Source: Deltaproteobacteria bacterium
GTDB lineage: Bacteria > Desulfobacterota > Binatia > UBA9968 > JAJDTQ01
Assembly: GCA_028818755.1 (NCBI GenBank)
Contig: JAPPNF010000148.1
Span: forward strand, 5,514-69,513
DNA: 64,000 nt
Reading direction: 5' to 3'
A program made the translations under genes and the position numbers. This document shows, in pieces, positions 48,525-58,470 of the stretch; the first letter of the stretch is position 1, and every line of letters begins with the position of its first letter. The notes under the pieces were generated by a model. That model did not search any database. It was not told the origin of the DNA and worked only from the letters and a program-made list of their open reading frames with translations.

Positions 48525-50837
48525 ATGGCGGAAACATACATCGGCGCTCCCATCAGGCGGCGCGAGGACGTGCGGTTCATTACCGGGGCCGGCACCTACG
48601 TGGATGACATCAAGCTGCCCCACATGATGCATGCCGCCATCCTGCGCAGCCCCCACGCCCACGCCCGCATCCAGAACATCGACACCACCAGGGCCGAGTC
48701 CCTGCCCGGTGTGGTCTCGGTGTTCACCCTCAAGGACATAGGCGAGCTGGACGCCACCGTTCCCATCCGCATGTACAAGATCCCGGGCCTCGACAAGTAT
48801 CTCCAGCCGTCCCTGGCGCGGGACGTGGTGCGCTACGTGGGCGAGCCCGTGGCGGTGGCGGTGGCGGAGAGCCGCTATCTGGCCGAGGACGCCATCGACG
48901 CCATCGACGTCGACTACGAAGTGCTCCAGGAAGTGATGGACGTGCGCGAGGCGCTGGAGGACAAGGTGCTGGTGCACGAAGACAACGGCACCAACCTGGC
49001 AGGCGTCCACTACGTCAACATCGGCGACGTCGACAAGGCGTTCGAGGAGGCCGACTACACCCGCCGGGAGGAGTTCCGGGTCCACCGCTTCACCGGCAAC
49101 CCCATGGAGACTCGCGGCATCGTGGCCCACTTCGACCGCGGCAAGGGCGAATTGAGGGTCTACGGCGCCACCAAGCTGCCGCACCTGAACCGCCAGACCA
49201 TCGCCGCCTTCCTGCAACTGCCCGAGCACAAGTGCCACTTCGAGGAGAACGACGTCGGCGGCGGTTTCGGCATCCGCGGCGAGCTCTATCCCGAGGACTT
49301 CCTGATCCCGTTCGCCTCCGTGCGCCTCGGGGTGCCGGTCAAGTGGATCGAGGACAGGCGCGAGCACCTGCTGGCGGCCAACCACTCGCGCCAGGTGACC
49401 TGCGAACTGGAGATCGCCGCGCGCAAGGACGGCACCCTGCTGGCCGTGCGGGCGCAGATCTACGGCGACATGGGCGCCTACGTACGCACCCACGGCGGGC
49501 TGGTGCCCTGCTCCACGGCGGCGCTGCTGACCGGACCCTACCGGATCCCCAACTACGAGGCCAAGATCCACTGCATCATGACCAACAAGACCGGCCTGGG
49601 CACGCTGCGGGCGCCCGGCCGGGTGGAGTCGTGCTTCTACCGCGAGCGCATGCTGGACATGATGGCACGGGACCTGGACCTGGACCCGGTGGAGCTGCGG
49701 CGGAAAAACCTGGTCAAGCCGGAGGAGATCCCCTACGAGATCGGCTTCACCCGGCCCAGCAAGCACCCCACCATCCTCGACAGCGGCGACTACCCGAGCG
49801 CCCTCAGGCAGGCCCTGGAACGGTTCCGGTACGACGAGATGCTGGAGCACCAGGGGCTCCGGGAGGACGGCCGCTACTACGGCGTCGGCCTGTCGTACTT
49901 CGTCAAGAACACCGGCGGGCTGGAGCCTTACGAAGGCGCCCGCATGGTGGTGGGCGAGGGCGGCGGGGTCACCGTGTTCCTTAGCATCGCGCAGCTCGGC
50001 CAGGGCCACGAGACCGCCATGGCGCAGATCTGCGCGGACGCCCTGGGCGTTCCCATGGACGCCATCTCCGTGTTCCACGGCAACACCGACCTCTCGCCCT
50101 TCGGCTGGGGCACCTTCGCCAGCCGCGGCACGGTCATGGCCGGCAACGCCGTGCACATCACCGCGCTGCAGTTGAAGGACAAGATCCTTGCGGCGGCCGC
50201 CCGCCATCTCGACGCGGACGCGGCGAGCCTGTCGCTGGAGGACGGCAACATCATCCAGCCGGGCACCGAGGCGCCGGCGTTGCCGCTGGGCGAGCTGGTG
50301 GCCCACATGCGGGAGTCCATCACTCCCGAGCAGGGCGTCCCCGAGCTGGAGGCCACCGCCTACTACAACTCCGACAACATCACCCACACCTACGGCGTGC
50401 ACCTGGCCCAGGTGGCCGTGGACCCCGAGACCGGCATGCTGGAAGTGCTCAAGTACCTGGTGGTGGAGGACGTGGGCCGGATGGTCAACCCGCTGATGGT
50501 GCACGGCCAGACCGTGGGCGCCGCGGTGCAGGGCATCGGCGGCGTGGTGTTGGAAGAGCTCGTGTACGGCGAGGGCGGCCAGCTCCTCACCACCACGTTC
50601 CTGGACTACCTGCTGCCCACCAGCACCGACGTCCCCCCCATCGACGACCTCGTGCTGGAAGAGGCGCCTTCGCCCTACAACCCCTTGGGCGTCAAGGGCG
50701 CCGGGGAAGGCGGCATCGTCGGCACCGCCGGCGCCCTCGGCAACGCCGTCAGCAACGCCCTCGGCATCGAGGTCAAGGACCTCCCCCTCAGCCCCGACCG
50801 AATCCGCGCCTGGATCCGCGCCCGCGCGGACGGCTAG
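48525..50837 (+). CDS. Xanthine dehydrogenase family molybdopterin large subunit (CoxL-like, not form I CODH)
   Basis: VGGGFG, GQGHET, KGAGEGG; active-site loop TLRAPGR. Confidence 0.9.
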   Translation: MAETYIGAPIRRREDVRFITGAGTYVDDIKLPHMMHAAILRSPHAHARIQNIDTTRAESLPGVVSVFTLKDIGELDATVPIRMYKIPGLDKYLQPSLARDVVRYVGEPVAVAVAESRYLAEDAIDAIDVDYEVLQEVMDVREALEDKVLVHEDNGTNLAGVHYVNIGDVDKAFEEADYTRREEFRVHRFTGNPMETRGIVAHFDRGKGELRVYGATKLPHLNRQTIAAFLQLPEHKCHFEENDVGGGFGIRGELYPEDFLIPFASVRLGVPVKWIEDRREHLLAANHSRQVTCELEIAARKDGTLLAVRAQIYGDMGAYVRTHGGLVPCSTAALLTGPYRIPNYEAKIHCIMTNKTGLGTLRAPGRVESCFYRERMLDMMARDLDLDPVELRRKNLVKPEEIPYEIGFTRPSKHPTILDSGDYPSALRQALERFRYDEMLEHQGLREDGRYYGVGLSYFVKNTGGLEPYEGARMVVGEGGGVTVFLSIAQLGQGHETAMAQICADALGVPMDAISVFHGNTDLSPFGWGTFASRGTVMAGNAVHITALQLKDKILAAAARHLDADAASLSLEDGNIIQPGTEAPALPLGELVAHMRESITPEQGVPELEATAYYNSDNITHTYGVHLAQVAVDPETGMLEVLKYLVVEDVGRMVNPLMVHGQTVGAAVQGIGGVVLEELVYGEGGQLLTTTFLDYLLPTSTDVPPIDDLVLEEAPSPYNPLGVKGAGEGGIVGTAGALGNAVSNALGIEVKDLPLSPDRIRAWIRARADG

Positions 50838-50876
50838 TCAGCGCGCTTCCAGCACGCCGCGGAACGACGAACAGGT

Positions 50877-52034
50877 ATGGACGAGTTCTTGCCGGGATGG
50901 ACCGTGGCCAGGGAAATCCCCCCTGATGTGGTCGATGGTGTCAACCGGGGTGTCTATCAGGTGCACGGCGGTGTGATCCGCATGGCGCCGGGCGCGGCCG
51001 GCGCCGGCCGAATCGTCCGACACCTCATACCCGCTCGACAAGACCCGAACGTACCGTTTGGAGGGTTCCTGAACCTGCCGCTCGCCAGCACGGAACACCT
51101 GCTACAAATGGCGACGGGCGCCATGGTCCTGTCAAGTCTCAACCTGGCGGTCAGCGCCGTCGGATTCGCGGTCCTCTACAAGAAACTGACCGACCTCGAC
51201 AAGAGCCTGACGGCGATGGCAAAAAAGGTTGAGGGAATCGCACGACTGCTGGAGCTGGAAGAGAAAGCCAAGCTCGCGTCGGCTCTGAAAACCCTTTCCA
51301 TGGTCATGAAGGGGGGCGCCCTGGACTCGCGCAAGCAACAGTTGCTCAATGAGCGGTTGCTCAACGCGGTCTTGAACGTCTTCGGTCCGGTCAACATGAA
51401 GTACCGCGAACTACTGCCCGCCGCAGAGTCGGAGACGGCCATGGCGTGCCAAGGGTACTTCGCCTTGACCTCATTGGCGACCGCCGCGTGCCACGCCGAA
51501 CTGGGGATGGCGCGCATGGCGAAGGATTATCTGGATGATGATTGCGCGTTCTGGGCGCAGCAAGCGCGTCGAATCGCCGGGGACCTCCTGGGCGAGCACC
51601 CTGAACGATTCGTCGCCGGCGAGTTCGTGTCCGAGGTGTCGCTGCGTGAGGTGGCCGCGTGGCGCAACTTTGCCGCCGACGAGGACAGGAGCGAACCGGA
51701 GCGGATTGACGAATTGCGGAACCGCATCCGCTTGTCCACCAATAAGGGCGGGGGCTTAATCGCAATCCCGTTGCTCGGCAAAGATGATCCGGCAGCAGTC
51801 GCCAAGACTATCGAGGCAGACAAGCAAGGGACGATCCCCGCTCTCCGGGAGCTCGTGGCCCGGCACGGCGTGTTTCGGGGATATGCGGATCAATACGCGC
51901 TGCTCGACGAAAACGGAATGACGCCGTCGGAGTTCCAACGGCGGGTGGACGCGCTCGATCGGGAGATGTTGGTCGACGGTTACGTGATTCTTGAACCGAC
52001 ACAGGCCGACCTCGAAACTCGTCCAACCCGTTAG
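50877..52034 (+). CDS. Hypothetical protein with hydrophobic helix and coiled coil
   Basis: Clean 385-aa ORF at the left edge of the defence cluster. Confidence 0.75.
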   Translation: MDEFLPGWTVAREIPPDVVDGVNRGVYQVHGGVIRMAPGAAGAGRIVRHLIPARQDPNVPFGGFLNLPLASTEHLLQMATGAMVLSSLNLAVSAVGFAVLYKKLTDLDKSLTAMAKKVEGIARLLELEEKAKLASALKTLSMVMKGGALDSRKQQLLNERLLNAVLNVFGPVNMKYRELLPAAESETAMACQGYFALTSLATAACHAELGMARMAKDYLDDDCAFWAQQARRIAGDLLGEHPERFVAGEFVSEVSLREVAAWRNFAADEDRSEPERIDELRNRIRLSTNKGGGLIAIPLLGKDDPAAVAKTIEADKQGTIPALRELVARHGVFRGYADQYALLDENGMTPSEFQRRVDALDREMLVDGYVILEPTQADLETRPTR

Positions 52035-52114
52035 GGAGCTAGGTGATGGCGCCTTTCCTCAGCGCACTGCAACATTAGGGCTAGTCCACCCCTTCCCGAC
52101 AACGCATCCCGCTG

Positions 52115-52170
52115 TGTCAATTTCCATCAAGCTGGAACTTGACACCGTCGAGACGGGGCAGCATAGTTGA
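52115..52170 (+). promoter_or_regulatory. TA promoter with operator inverted repeat
   Basis: TGTCAATTTCCA-N6-TGGAACTTGACA (52115-52144) overlapping -35 TTGACA; CATAGT downstream. Confidence 0.6.
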
Positions 52171-52188
52171 CGAGGAATCGGAGCGAAC

Positions 52189-52416
52189 ATGCGTATACCG
52201 CGGGAAAAATTCTCTAGCCAAGCCTCGCCGGAACTGCTGGCGGCATTACGCGAGATCGCCCGGCAGGAAGGGCGTCAGTTCCAGGCTGTAATGGAAGATG
52301 CATTGCAGGAATACATCGAAAACCGCTCTCGGGAAAGACCTCGCTCGTCCGTCATGGCCCATTTCCAGGCCACCGTCGAGCGAAACCGTCGCCTAGGTGA
52401 GTTGCTGGCCAAATGA
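52189..52416 (+). CDS. RHH antitoxin
   Basis: KFSSQASPELLAALREIARQEGRQFQAVMEDAL; ATGA overlap with doc. Confidence 0.8.
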   Translation: MRIPREKFSSQASPELLAALREIARQEGRQFQAVMEDALQEYIENRSRERPRSSVMAHFQATVERNRRLGELLAK

Positions 52417-52802
52417 CTCATGACTTCCCCACCGTCCAGGAAGTCATTGCAATGCACGACGCCCTGATCGCCGCCTTCGGCGGGACCACTGGCATACGTG
52501 ATGAGGGCGCCCTGGCGGCTGCGCTCATGCGCCCACAGTTAGGATACTACGACGACCTCGTCCAGGAAGCGGCCGCGCTCATGGAAAGCTTGGCCAACAA
52601 CCACGCCTTCATCGACGGCAACAAACGAGTCGCATTCTTCGTCACCGACACCTTCCTCCGCATGAATGGCCGATTTCTAGACTGTGACAACGAAGATGCC
52701 TACGCATTCTTCATGCGGTTGTTCGAAACCCGCGCATTCCGGTTCACCGAATTGCACTCATGGCTCGAGGAGAAGGTGCGATCCCTCGCCTCTTATTCCT
52801 GA
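52413..52802 (+). CDS. doc: Doc-family toxin
   Basis: HAFIDGNKR, the Doc variant of the Fic motif. Confidence 0.88.
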   Translation: MTHDFPTVQEVIAMHDALIAAFGGTTGIRDEGALAAALMRPQLGYYDDLVQEAAALMESLANNHAFIDGNKRVAFFVTDTFLRMNGRFLDCDNEDAYAFFMRLFETRAFRFTELHSWLEEKVRSLASYS

Positions 52803-52847
52803 GCACCCACCCTATGCCGCTCACAAATCGCGGAACAGGAACCTTAA

Positions 52848-54791
52848 ATGAAGATCTCGACCATCCTCGACCACATCGACAGCGGGCATATGGCCCTTCC
52901 TGAGTTCCAGCGCGGCTACGTCTGGAACCGCGACCAAGTCCGTAGTTTGTTCGACTCGTTGTACCGGCATCATCCTGTGGGTGGTTTGCTGGTTTGGGCA
53001 ACAGAATCGAAAACTGCGGAACACCGTGGCAGTGCAGAACTGGCGCCGGGAGTCATCAAGTTGCTGCTCGACGGACAACAACGCATGACCTCATTGTACG
53101 GCATCGCCCGAGGACGACCGCCGGCGTTTTTCGACGGAAACGCCCAAGCTTTTTCAGGCTTATATTTTCACTTGGCGGACGAGAGTTTCTCATTCTACCA
53201 ACGGTCGCGGATGGCGGGCGACCCGTTGTGGGTAGACGTGTCCAACTTGATCAGCCAAGGCTTCAATGGGGTCGGCGCCTACATGACCCGCTTGTCGGAA
53301 GTTCCTGACCATGACCAATACCTAAGCCGTTTGATGCAACTTCTGTCGATTATGGACATCGATCTACACATCGACGAAGTAACCGGGGCGGACAAGTCTC
53401 TTGACATCGTTGTCGACATCTTCAATAGGGTCAACAGTGGCGGCACCACGTTGTCCAAGGGTGACCTTGCCCTCGCCAAAATCTGCGCTGAATGGCCCCA
53501 AGCGCGGGAAACGATGAAGTCCCAACTCAAGGTCTGGGAGGGACAGGGCTTCGACTTCTCCCTCGACTGGTTGCTACGGTCTGTCAACACGGTGCTGACG
53601 GGAGAAGCGCGGTTCAGCTACCTTCACGACCGGAGCGCCAAGGATATCCAAGACGGCCTGAAACGCGCTACCAAAGCAATTGACACTGCCTTGAACATGA
53701 TCAGCGGACGTTTTGGATTGGACCATGACCGTGTGTTGTTCGGCCGGTTTGCGGTCCCGGTGATCGCCCGCTACCTAGACCAGCACAATGGCCCTCTCGA
53801 CGAGCGAGAGCGAGACAAGCTGTTGTTCTGGTACATTCAGGCTGGAATGTGGGGCCGTTTCTCGGGCCAGACGGAAACATCTATCGATCAGGACCTCGCT
53901 TCCATTGAGGATGTATCTGGCGGCTTGGACCGGTTGATCGATCAGCTTCGACTTTGGCACGGAAGCCTTGGGGTGGAACCCGGCCACTTCTACGGCTGGA
54001 GTCTGGGCGCACGGTTCTATCCCGTTCTCTACATGTTGACCCGCATGGGAGAAGCCAAGGATTGGGGCAACGGGTTGCCCCTAAAGGCGGCCATGCTGGG
54101 TACGTTGAACCGCCTAGAGGTCCATCACATCTTTCCGAAGGCAAGGCTCTACGCGCACGGATATGAGAGATCGCAAGTCAACGCTTTGGCCAACTTCTGC
54201 TTCCTCACCCAGGGAACCAACCTATCCATCAGTGACCGGCTACCGAATGAGTACTTCCCCGAAGTCGAGGCCAAACATCCGGGTGCTTTGGCCTCGCAAT
54301 GGATCCCAACCGACACCGCCTTATGGCAAGTGGAGAACTACGGCGAGTTTCTTGAGGCCAGAAGGACATTGCTCGCAGCCGAGATGAACAGGAGACTGGC
54401 AGACCTTCTCCATGGGGACGAACGTTGGCTGCAACTCCCACCGTCCGCCGCTACCGATACTCCATCGCCTGCCCCCACAGAGGTCGTCGGTGGAATCACA
54501 AGCGAGGATGAAGAACAACTGCTTGATGACCTCAACAGGTGGGTTGCGGAGCAAGGTCTCCCCCGGGGCGTTTTGGGTTTTGATTTCGCGGATGCCGAAA
54601 CCGGGCACCAGAGAGCGATGTTCGATCTCGCTTGGCCCGAGGGTATTCAACAAGGACTGACCCAGCCCGTTGCTGTTCTTCTCAATGAGGGTACCGAGGT
54701 CATCGCTCTCGCAAGTGGCGCTGGTTATCGATGCTTCACGAGTCCAACGAATTTCCGGCGATATGTGGAAACTGAGGTACTGACGACGTAG
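52848..54791 (+). CDS. DUF262 + HNH protein (GmrSD-like type IV restriction) with extra C-terminal domain
   Basis: PEFQRGYVW, LDGQQR, FNRVNSGG, EVHHIFP...N...N. Confidence 0.85.
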   Translation: MKISTILDHIDSGHMALPEFQRGYVWNRDQVRSLFDSLYRHHPVGGLLVWATESKTAEHRGSAELAPGVIKLLLDGQQRMTSLYGIARGRPPAFFDGNAQAFSGLYFHLADESFSFYQRSRMAGDPLWVDVSNLISQGFNGVGAYMTRLSEVPDHDQYLSRLMQLLSIMDIDLHIDEVTGADKSLDIVVDIFNRVNSGGTTLSKGDLALAKICAEWPQARETMKSQLKVWEGQGFDFSLDWLLRSVNTVLTGEARFSYLHDRSAKDIQDGLKRATKAIDTALNMISGRFGLDHDRVLFGRFAVPVIARYLDQHNGPLDERERDKLLFWYIQAGMWGRFSGQTETSIDQDLASIEDVSGGLDRLIDQLRLWHGSLGVEPGHFYGWSLGARFYPVLYMLTRMGEAKDWGNGLPLKAAMLGTLNRLEVHHIFPKARLYAHGYERSQVNALANFCFLTQGTNLSISDRLPNEYFPEVEAKHPGALASQWIPTDTALWQVENYGEFLEARRTLLAAEMNRRLADLLHGDERWLQLPPSAATDTPSPAPTEVVGGITSEDEEQLLDDLNRWVAEQGLPRGVLGFDFADAETGHQRAMFDLAWPEGIQQGLTQPVAVLLNEGTEVIALASGAGYRCFTSPTNFRRYVETEVLTT

Positions 54792-54798
54792 TTTTCCT

Positions 54799-57018
54799 CT
54801 ACGGGACGCTGGTCCTGTCCCTCAAGGCCCGCCACACCCGCTCCGGTGTAAGCGGCAGGTCGCGGATGCGTACGCCGGTGGCCCGGGCCAGGGCGCTGAC
54901 CACGGAGGGGGCGACGGAGAAGATGCCGCCCTCGCCCATGCCGCGGCTGCCGTAGGGGCCGATGCCGTCCCGGTTCTCCACCAGGTACGTGTGATACTCC
55001 GCCGGCAGGTCTTCGAACTTCGGAACGCGGTAGTCGACTAGGTTGGGGTTCAGCAACTGGTGGTCGTCGTGCACCATCTGCTCCATGAAGGTGTGGCCGA
55101 TGCCCATCATCGCGGCGCCTTCCTCCTGTCCGATGCAGTGCTGGGGATGGATGGCCTTGCCGACGTCGGCCACCGACACGTAGCTCGCCAGGGCTACCGC
55201 GCCGGTGTCCCGGTCGATTTCCAGCTCGGCGACGCCCATGCCCACTTCCCAGAGCACCGGGGTCTTCCACCCGACCATCTCGGGGCCCATGGTGCCGCGC
55301 CCGACGATCTCGCCGGCGATGGTGCCGAAACGGCAGGCCAAGGCGTCGGTGAAGGACATCGCCTGCTCGCCGGCCTCGAGCCGCCCGTCGGACAGCTTCA
55401 CCTTTCCGGCCGCGACCCCGAACGACCTGGCCGCGATGGCGCGCAACTGCCGTTTGAGGTCCCGGGCCGCGGCCTGGACCGCCCGGCCCATGACCGTGGT
55501 GGAGCGGCTGGCTCCGGTGGAGTGGTCGTAGGGCGTCACCGTGGTGTCTACCGGCACCGCCTGCACCCGGTCACGCGGCAATGTCAGCTCCTCGGCGACG
55601 ATCTGGGTGAACGTCGTCTTGACGCCTTGCCCCATCTCGGTGCTGCCGGCCAGTATCGACACGTAGCCGTCCGGTCCCAACCGTACCAGCGCCACCGACA
55701 CCGGCAGCACGCCCCCGGCGTTGGTGGAGCCGCAGGCGACGCCCAGCGGCGCCTTGCGGTTCCGGGCACGCCGCCGCCAGCGTGACCCCGAGACGAGCCG
55801 CTTCAGACTCGAATGAAGGTTCACGTCCACCGGCCGTAGCCTGGGCTGGAGCCTCTCGCCCTTGGTGAGCAGGTTCCGGTCGCGCAGCTCCACGGGGTCC
55901 ATGCCCAGCTCCGTGGCGATCTCGTCCATCTGCGACTCGCAGGCGAAGATGGTCTGGGGAGCGGCGACGGAACGGAACGAGCCCGCGGAGCCGGCGTTGG
56001 TGTGCACGGAGTAGACGTCGCTCCTGAGATGGGGGATTCGGTAGGGCCCCAGCACCCGGGTGGCGGCGAGCTGCGCGACCATCCGGGTGTTCTCGGTAAA
56101 GGCGCCCGTGTCGAGGTGGATCTCCGCCTGCCGCGCCACCAGGGTGCCGTCGTTCATCACCCCGGTCCTGAGCTTTACCGTGGCGCCGTGCCGGCGCACC
56201 GTCACCATGGCCTCGGGGACCGACAGGCACAGCCGCACCGGCCGGCCCGCCTTGCGCGAGAGCAGCACTACCAGCGGCTCGAACTTGCTGTAGGACTTGC
56301 CGCCGAAGCCGCCTCCGAGGAAGGAGACCTGCAGGCGCACTTGGGAGCGGGTCAAACCGAAGATGCGCGCGATGTCCCCCTGCACCAGGAACGGGTGTTG
56401 CGCCGAGGACCACAGGTCGATGCGGTCGGCACCCCAGCGCGCCACGGCGCCGTGGGGCTCCATGCTGTAGTGGTAGACGGATGGGAACGTGTAACGGCCT
56501 TCGAAGACGCGGTCGGCGGCGGCAAAGCCCTCTTCCACGTTGCCCTGCTCTACCCGTTCATGGGCGCATACGTTGCCGGGCGCATCGTCGTGGATCAGCG
56601 GCGCGCCCGGCGCCAGGGCAGCATCCGTGCCCAGCGCCGCCGGCAGCTCCTCGTAGTCCACTTCGATCAGCGCCAGCGCCGCCTCCGCGGTGTGCTCGTC
56701 GTCCGCCGCCACCGCCGCCACCGGCTCGCCCACGTAGCGCACCTTCTCCATGGCCACCACCGGGCGGCCGTTGTAGAACGGGTCCAGGCCCTCCAGGTCC
56801 TTCGCCGTAACCACTGCGTGCACGCCGCGAAGCGCCGCCGCCCTCGTGGCGTCGATGCCCCGGATGTGCGCGTGCGGCAGCGGGCTCCGCAGGATCCGGC
56901 CTTCAAGCATTCCCGGCAGCACGAGGTCGCCCGTGTACTTGGCCCGCCCCGTCACCTTGTCGACGCCGTCGACCCGGGGAACGTCCCGGCCCACGTGCTG
57001 AAAACCCGATTGCGGCAT
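54799..57018 (-). CDS. Xanthine dehydrogenase family molybdopterin-binding subunit
   Basis: RVDGVDKVTG, LGGGFGGK, EMGQG, RGMGEGG. Confidence 0.9.
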   Translation of the reverse strand: MPQSGFQHVGRDVPRVDGVDKVTGRAKYTGDLVLPGMLEGRILRSPLPHAHIRGIDATRAAALRGVHAVVTAKDLEGLDPFYNGRPVVAMEKVRYVGEPVAAVAADDEHTAEAALALIEVDYEELPAALGTDAALAPGAPLIHDDAPGNVCAHERVEQGNVEEGFAAADRVFEGRYTFPSVYHYSMEPHGAVARWGADRIDLWSSAQHPFLVQGDIARIFGLTRSQVRLQVSFLGGGFGGKSYSKFEPLVVLLSRKAGRPVRLCLSVPEAMVTVRRHGATVKLRTGVMNDGTLVARQAEIHLDTGAFTENTRMVAQLAATRVLGPYRIPHLRSDVYSVHTNAGSAGSFRSVAAPQTIFACESQMDEIATELGMDPVELRDRNLLTKGERLQPRLRPVDVNLHSSLKRLVSGSRWRRRARNRKAPLGVACGSTNAGGVLPVSVALVRLGPDGYVSILAGSTEMGQGVKTTFTQIVAEELTLPRDRVQAVPVDTTVTPYDHSTGASRSTTVMGRAVQAAARDLKRQLRAIAARSFGVAAGKVKLSDGRLEAGEQAMSFTDALACRFGTIAGEIVGRGTMGPEMVGWKTPVLWEVGMGVAELEIDRDTGAVALASYVSVADVGKAIHPQHCIGQEEGAAMMGIGHTFMEQMVHDDHQLLNPNLVDYRVPKFEDLPAEYHTYLVENRDGIGPYGSRGMGEGGIFSVAPSVVSALARATGVRIRDLPLTPERVWRALRDRTSVP

Positions 57019-57294
57019 GGCTTCTCCTGGTGTCGTGTCTCGCAAATTCATCTACGGGACACGTCAACCATACCACAGTTCCGGTGCACGCCATCGTCGC
57101 CGGGGCCGACGACCCCGGTGGCCATGGCTGAATACGGCAGGGCTATCCGAAGCCGTTCCGTTGTTCTTCTTGAATCGCGGTTTGAGTTGCGGTAATTGCA
57201 GAGGCGTCACCTGACGGGCCCAGATCGAGTTGTCGGCAGAGGTGGAACGGTAGCCGCGCGGGCCGAATGATCTCAAAGACGATAGGAATGCGAG

Positions 57295-58458
57295 ATGGCA
57301 CAATCAACTGAGTCCGGCCGGCCCCAATGGCTCGGCATCGTTCAATTGGCCGCAATCCTCCTCGTAATCGTGATCGCCCTTTACTTCGCGCGTGCGCCCA
57401 GTCGCGTGGCTCTCGACGCGACGCCCGACCTGACCGCGGAGAAAGGCAAACCCACCGTCAGCGTGATCCAGCCCAAGCCGACCACACAAGCGCTGACCGT
57501 CCGGCTGACGGGTTCCGTCCGGATCGAAGAGCAGGCGCGGGTGATGTCCGAGGTGACGGGTCGAGTGGTGTGGATTTCACCGAAGTTCAGCAACGGGGGA
57601 TCGATACCGGCCAACGAGACGTTCATCAAGATCGATACCGCCGAACACGAGATCCGGGTGGAAAGGGCGGAGATGGCGGTGAAGGCAGCGGAAGCCCGGG
57701 TGTGGGTCGAGAAGGCCGGCGGCGAAGAGGACGCGAGGGAATTCTTGCGCGCGAACCCGGGCGCCGAGGTTTCCGACTCGGTGCGCCGCTTGCCGTCGAT
57801 AGCGGAAATGGAAGCCGAGCTGGCGCAGGCGCGGGCGGTGCTGAAGCTCGCGAAGCTGCGGCTGGAACAGACGAACATCTCCCTGCCGTACGACAGCCGC
57901 GTGCTGGCCACCGAGCTGGAGGTGGGCGAGTTCGTAGGGCCCGCCAGATCGGTGTCGGGCCGCGCGGGGAGGCTGGGCGCCGTGTACCGGACCGATGCGA
58001 TCCGGGTGAGAGTGCCGGTAGACCCGAAGGACCTGGCGTATCTCTACCCGGTGGTCGGGCGTTCGGCCCGCGTTCGGACCCAGTTGGGGGCGTACGACGC
58101 AACGGTGGAGCGCGTGTCGGCGGTCGTGGCCCCGAGCACGCGCCTCGCCGGATTGTTCCTCAAGTTCTCGGACGGTGTGCCGAAACGGACACTGCCGCTG
58201 CCGGGCATGTTCGCGGAAGTCCGGATCGAGGGGCCGTCGTATGAGAACGTCTTCGTGTTGCCGGAATCGGTTCTGCACGAAGGCGGCAGCGTCTGGGTGG
58301 TCGACAAGGGCGCGTTGAAGTCGATCGTGCCCAAGACCCTCGGACGCACGGACGCGGGCTGGGTCGTGGAGGCGTTCGACGCGGGCGAGGGCGTGGTGGT
58401 CGGCGCGCCGCCGGGAGCCAGAAAAGGTCTGGCGGTGGCGACGGCGACAGCGAAATAG
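57295..58458 (+). CDS. RND efflux periplasmic adaptor (MFP)
   Basis: N-terminal TM helix, SEVTGRV lipoyl half, ISLPYD, LPGMFAEV. Confidence 0.88.
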   Translation: MAQSTESGRPQWLGIVQLAAILLVIVIALYFARAPSRVALDATPDLTAEKGKPTVSVIQPKPTTQALTVRLTGSVRIEEQARVMSEVTGRVVWISPKFSNGGSIPANETFIKIDTAEHEIRVERAEMAVKAAEARVWVEKAGGEEDAREFLRANPGAEVSDSVRRLPSIAEMEAELAQARAVLKLAKLRLEQTNISLPYDSRVLATELEVGEFVGPARSVSGRAGRLGAVYRTDAIRVRVPVDPKDLAYLYPVVGRSARVRTQLGAYDATVERVSAVVAPSTRLAGLFLKFSDGVPKRTLPLPGMFAEVRIEGPSYENVFVLPESVLHEGGSVWVVDKGALKSIVPKTLGRTDAGWVVEAFDAGEGVVVGAPPGARKGLAVATATAK

Positions 58459-58470
58459 CGGAGTCCGGTC

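Noticed and set aside
47057-50837. Aerobic CO dehydrogenase coxMSL
   Set aside because: Gene order fits, but the AYXCSFR motif and accessory cox genes are absent.
52043-52057. GTGATGGCGCCTTTC resembling a family A terminus at the defence cluster
   Set aside because: Too short to distinguish from chance; the rest of the arm is absent.
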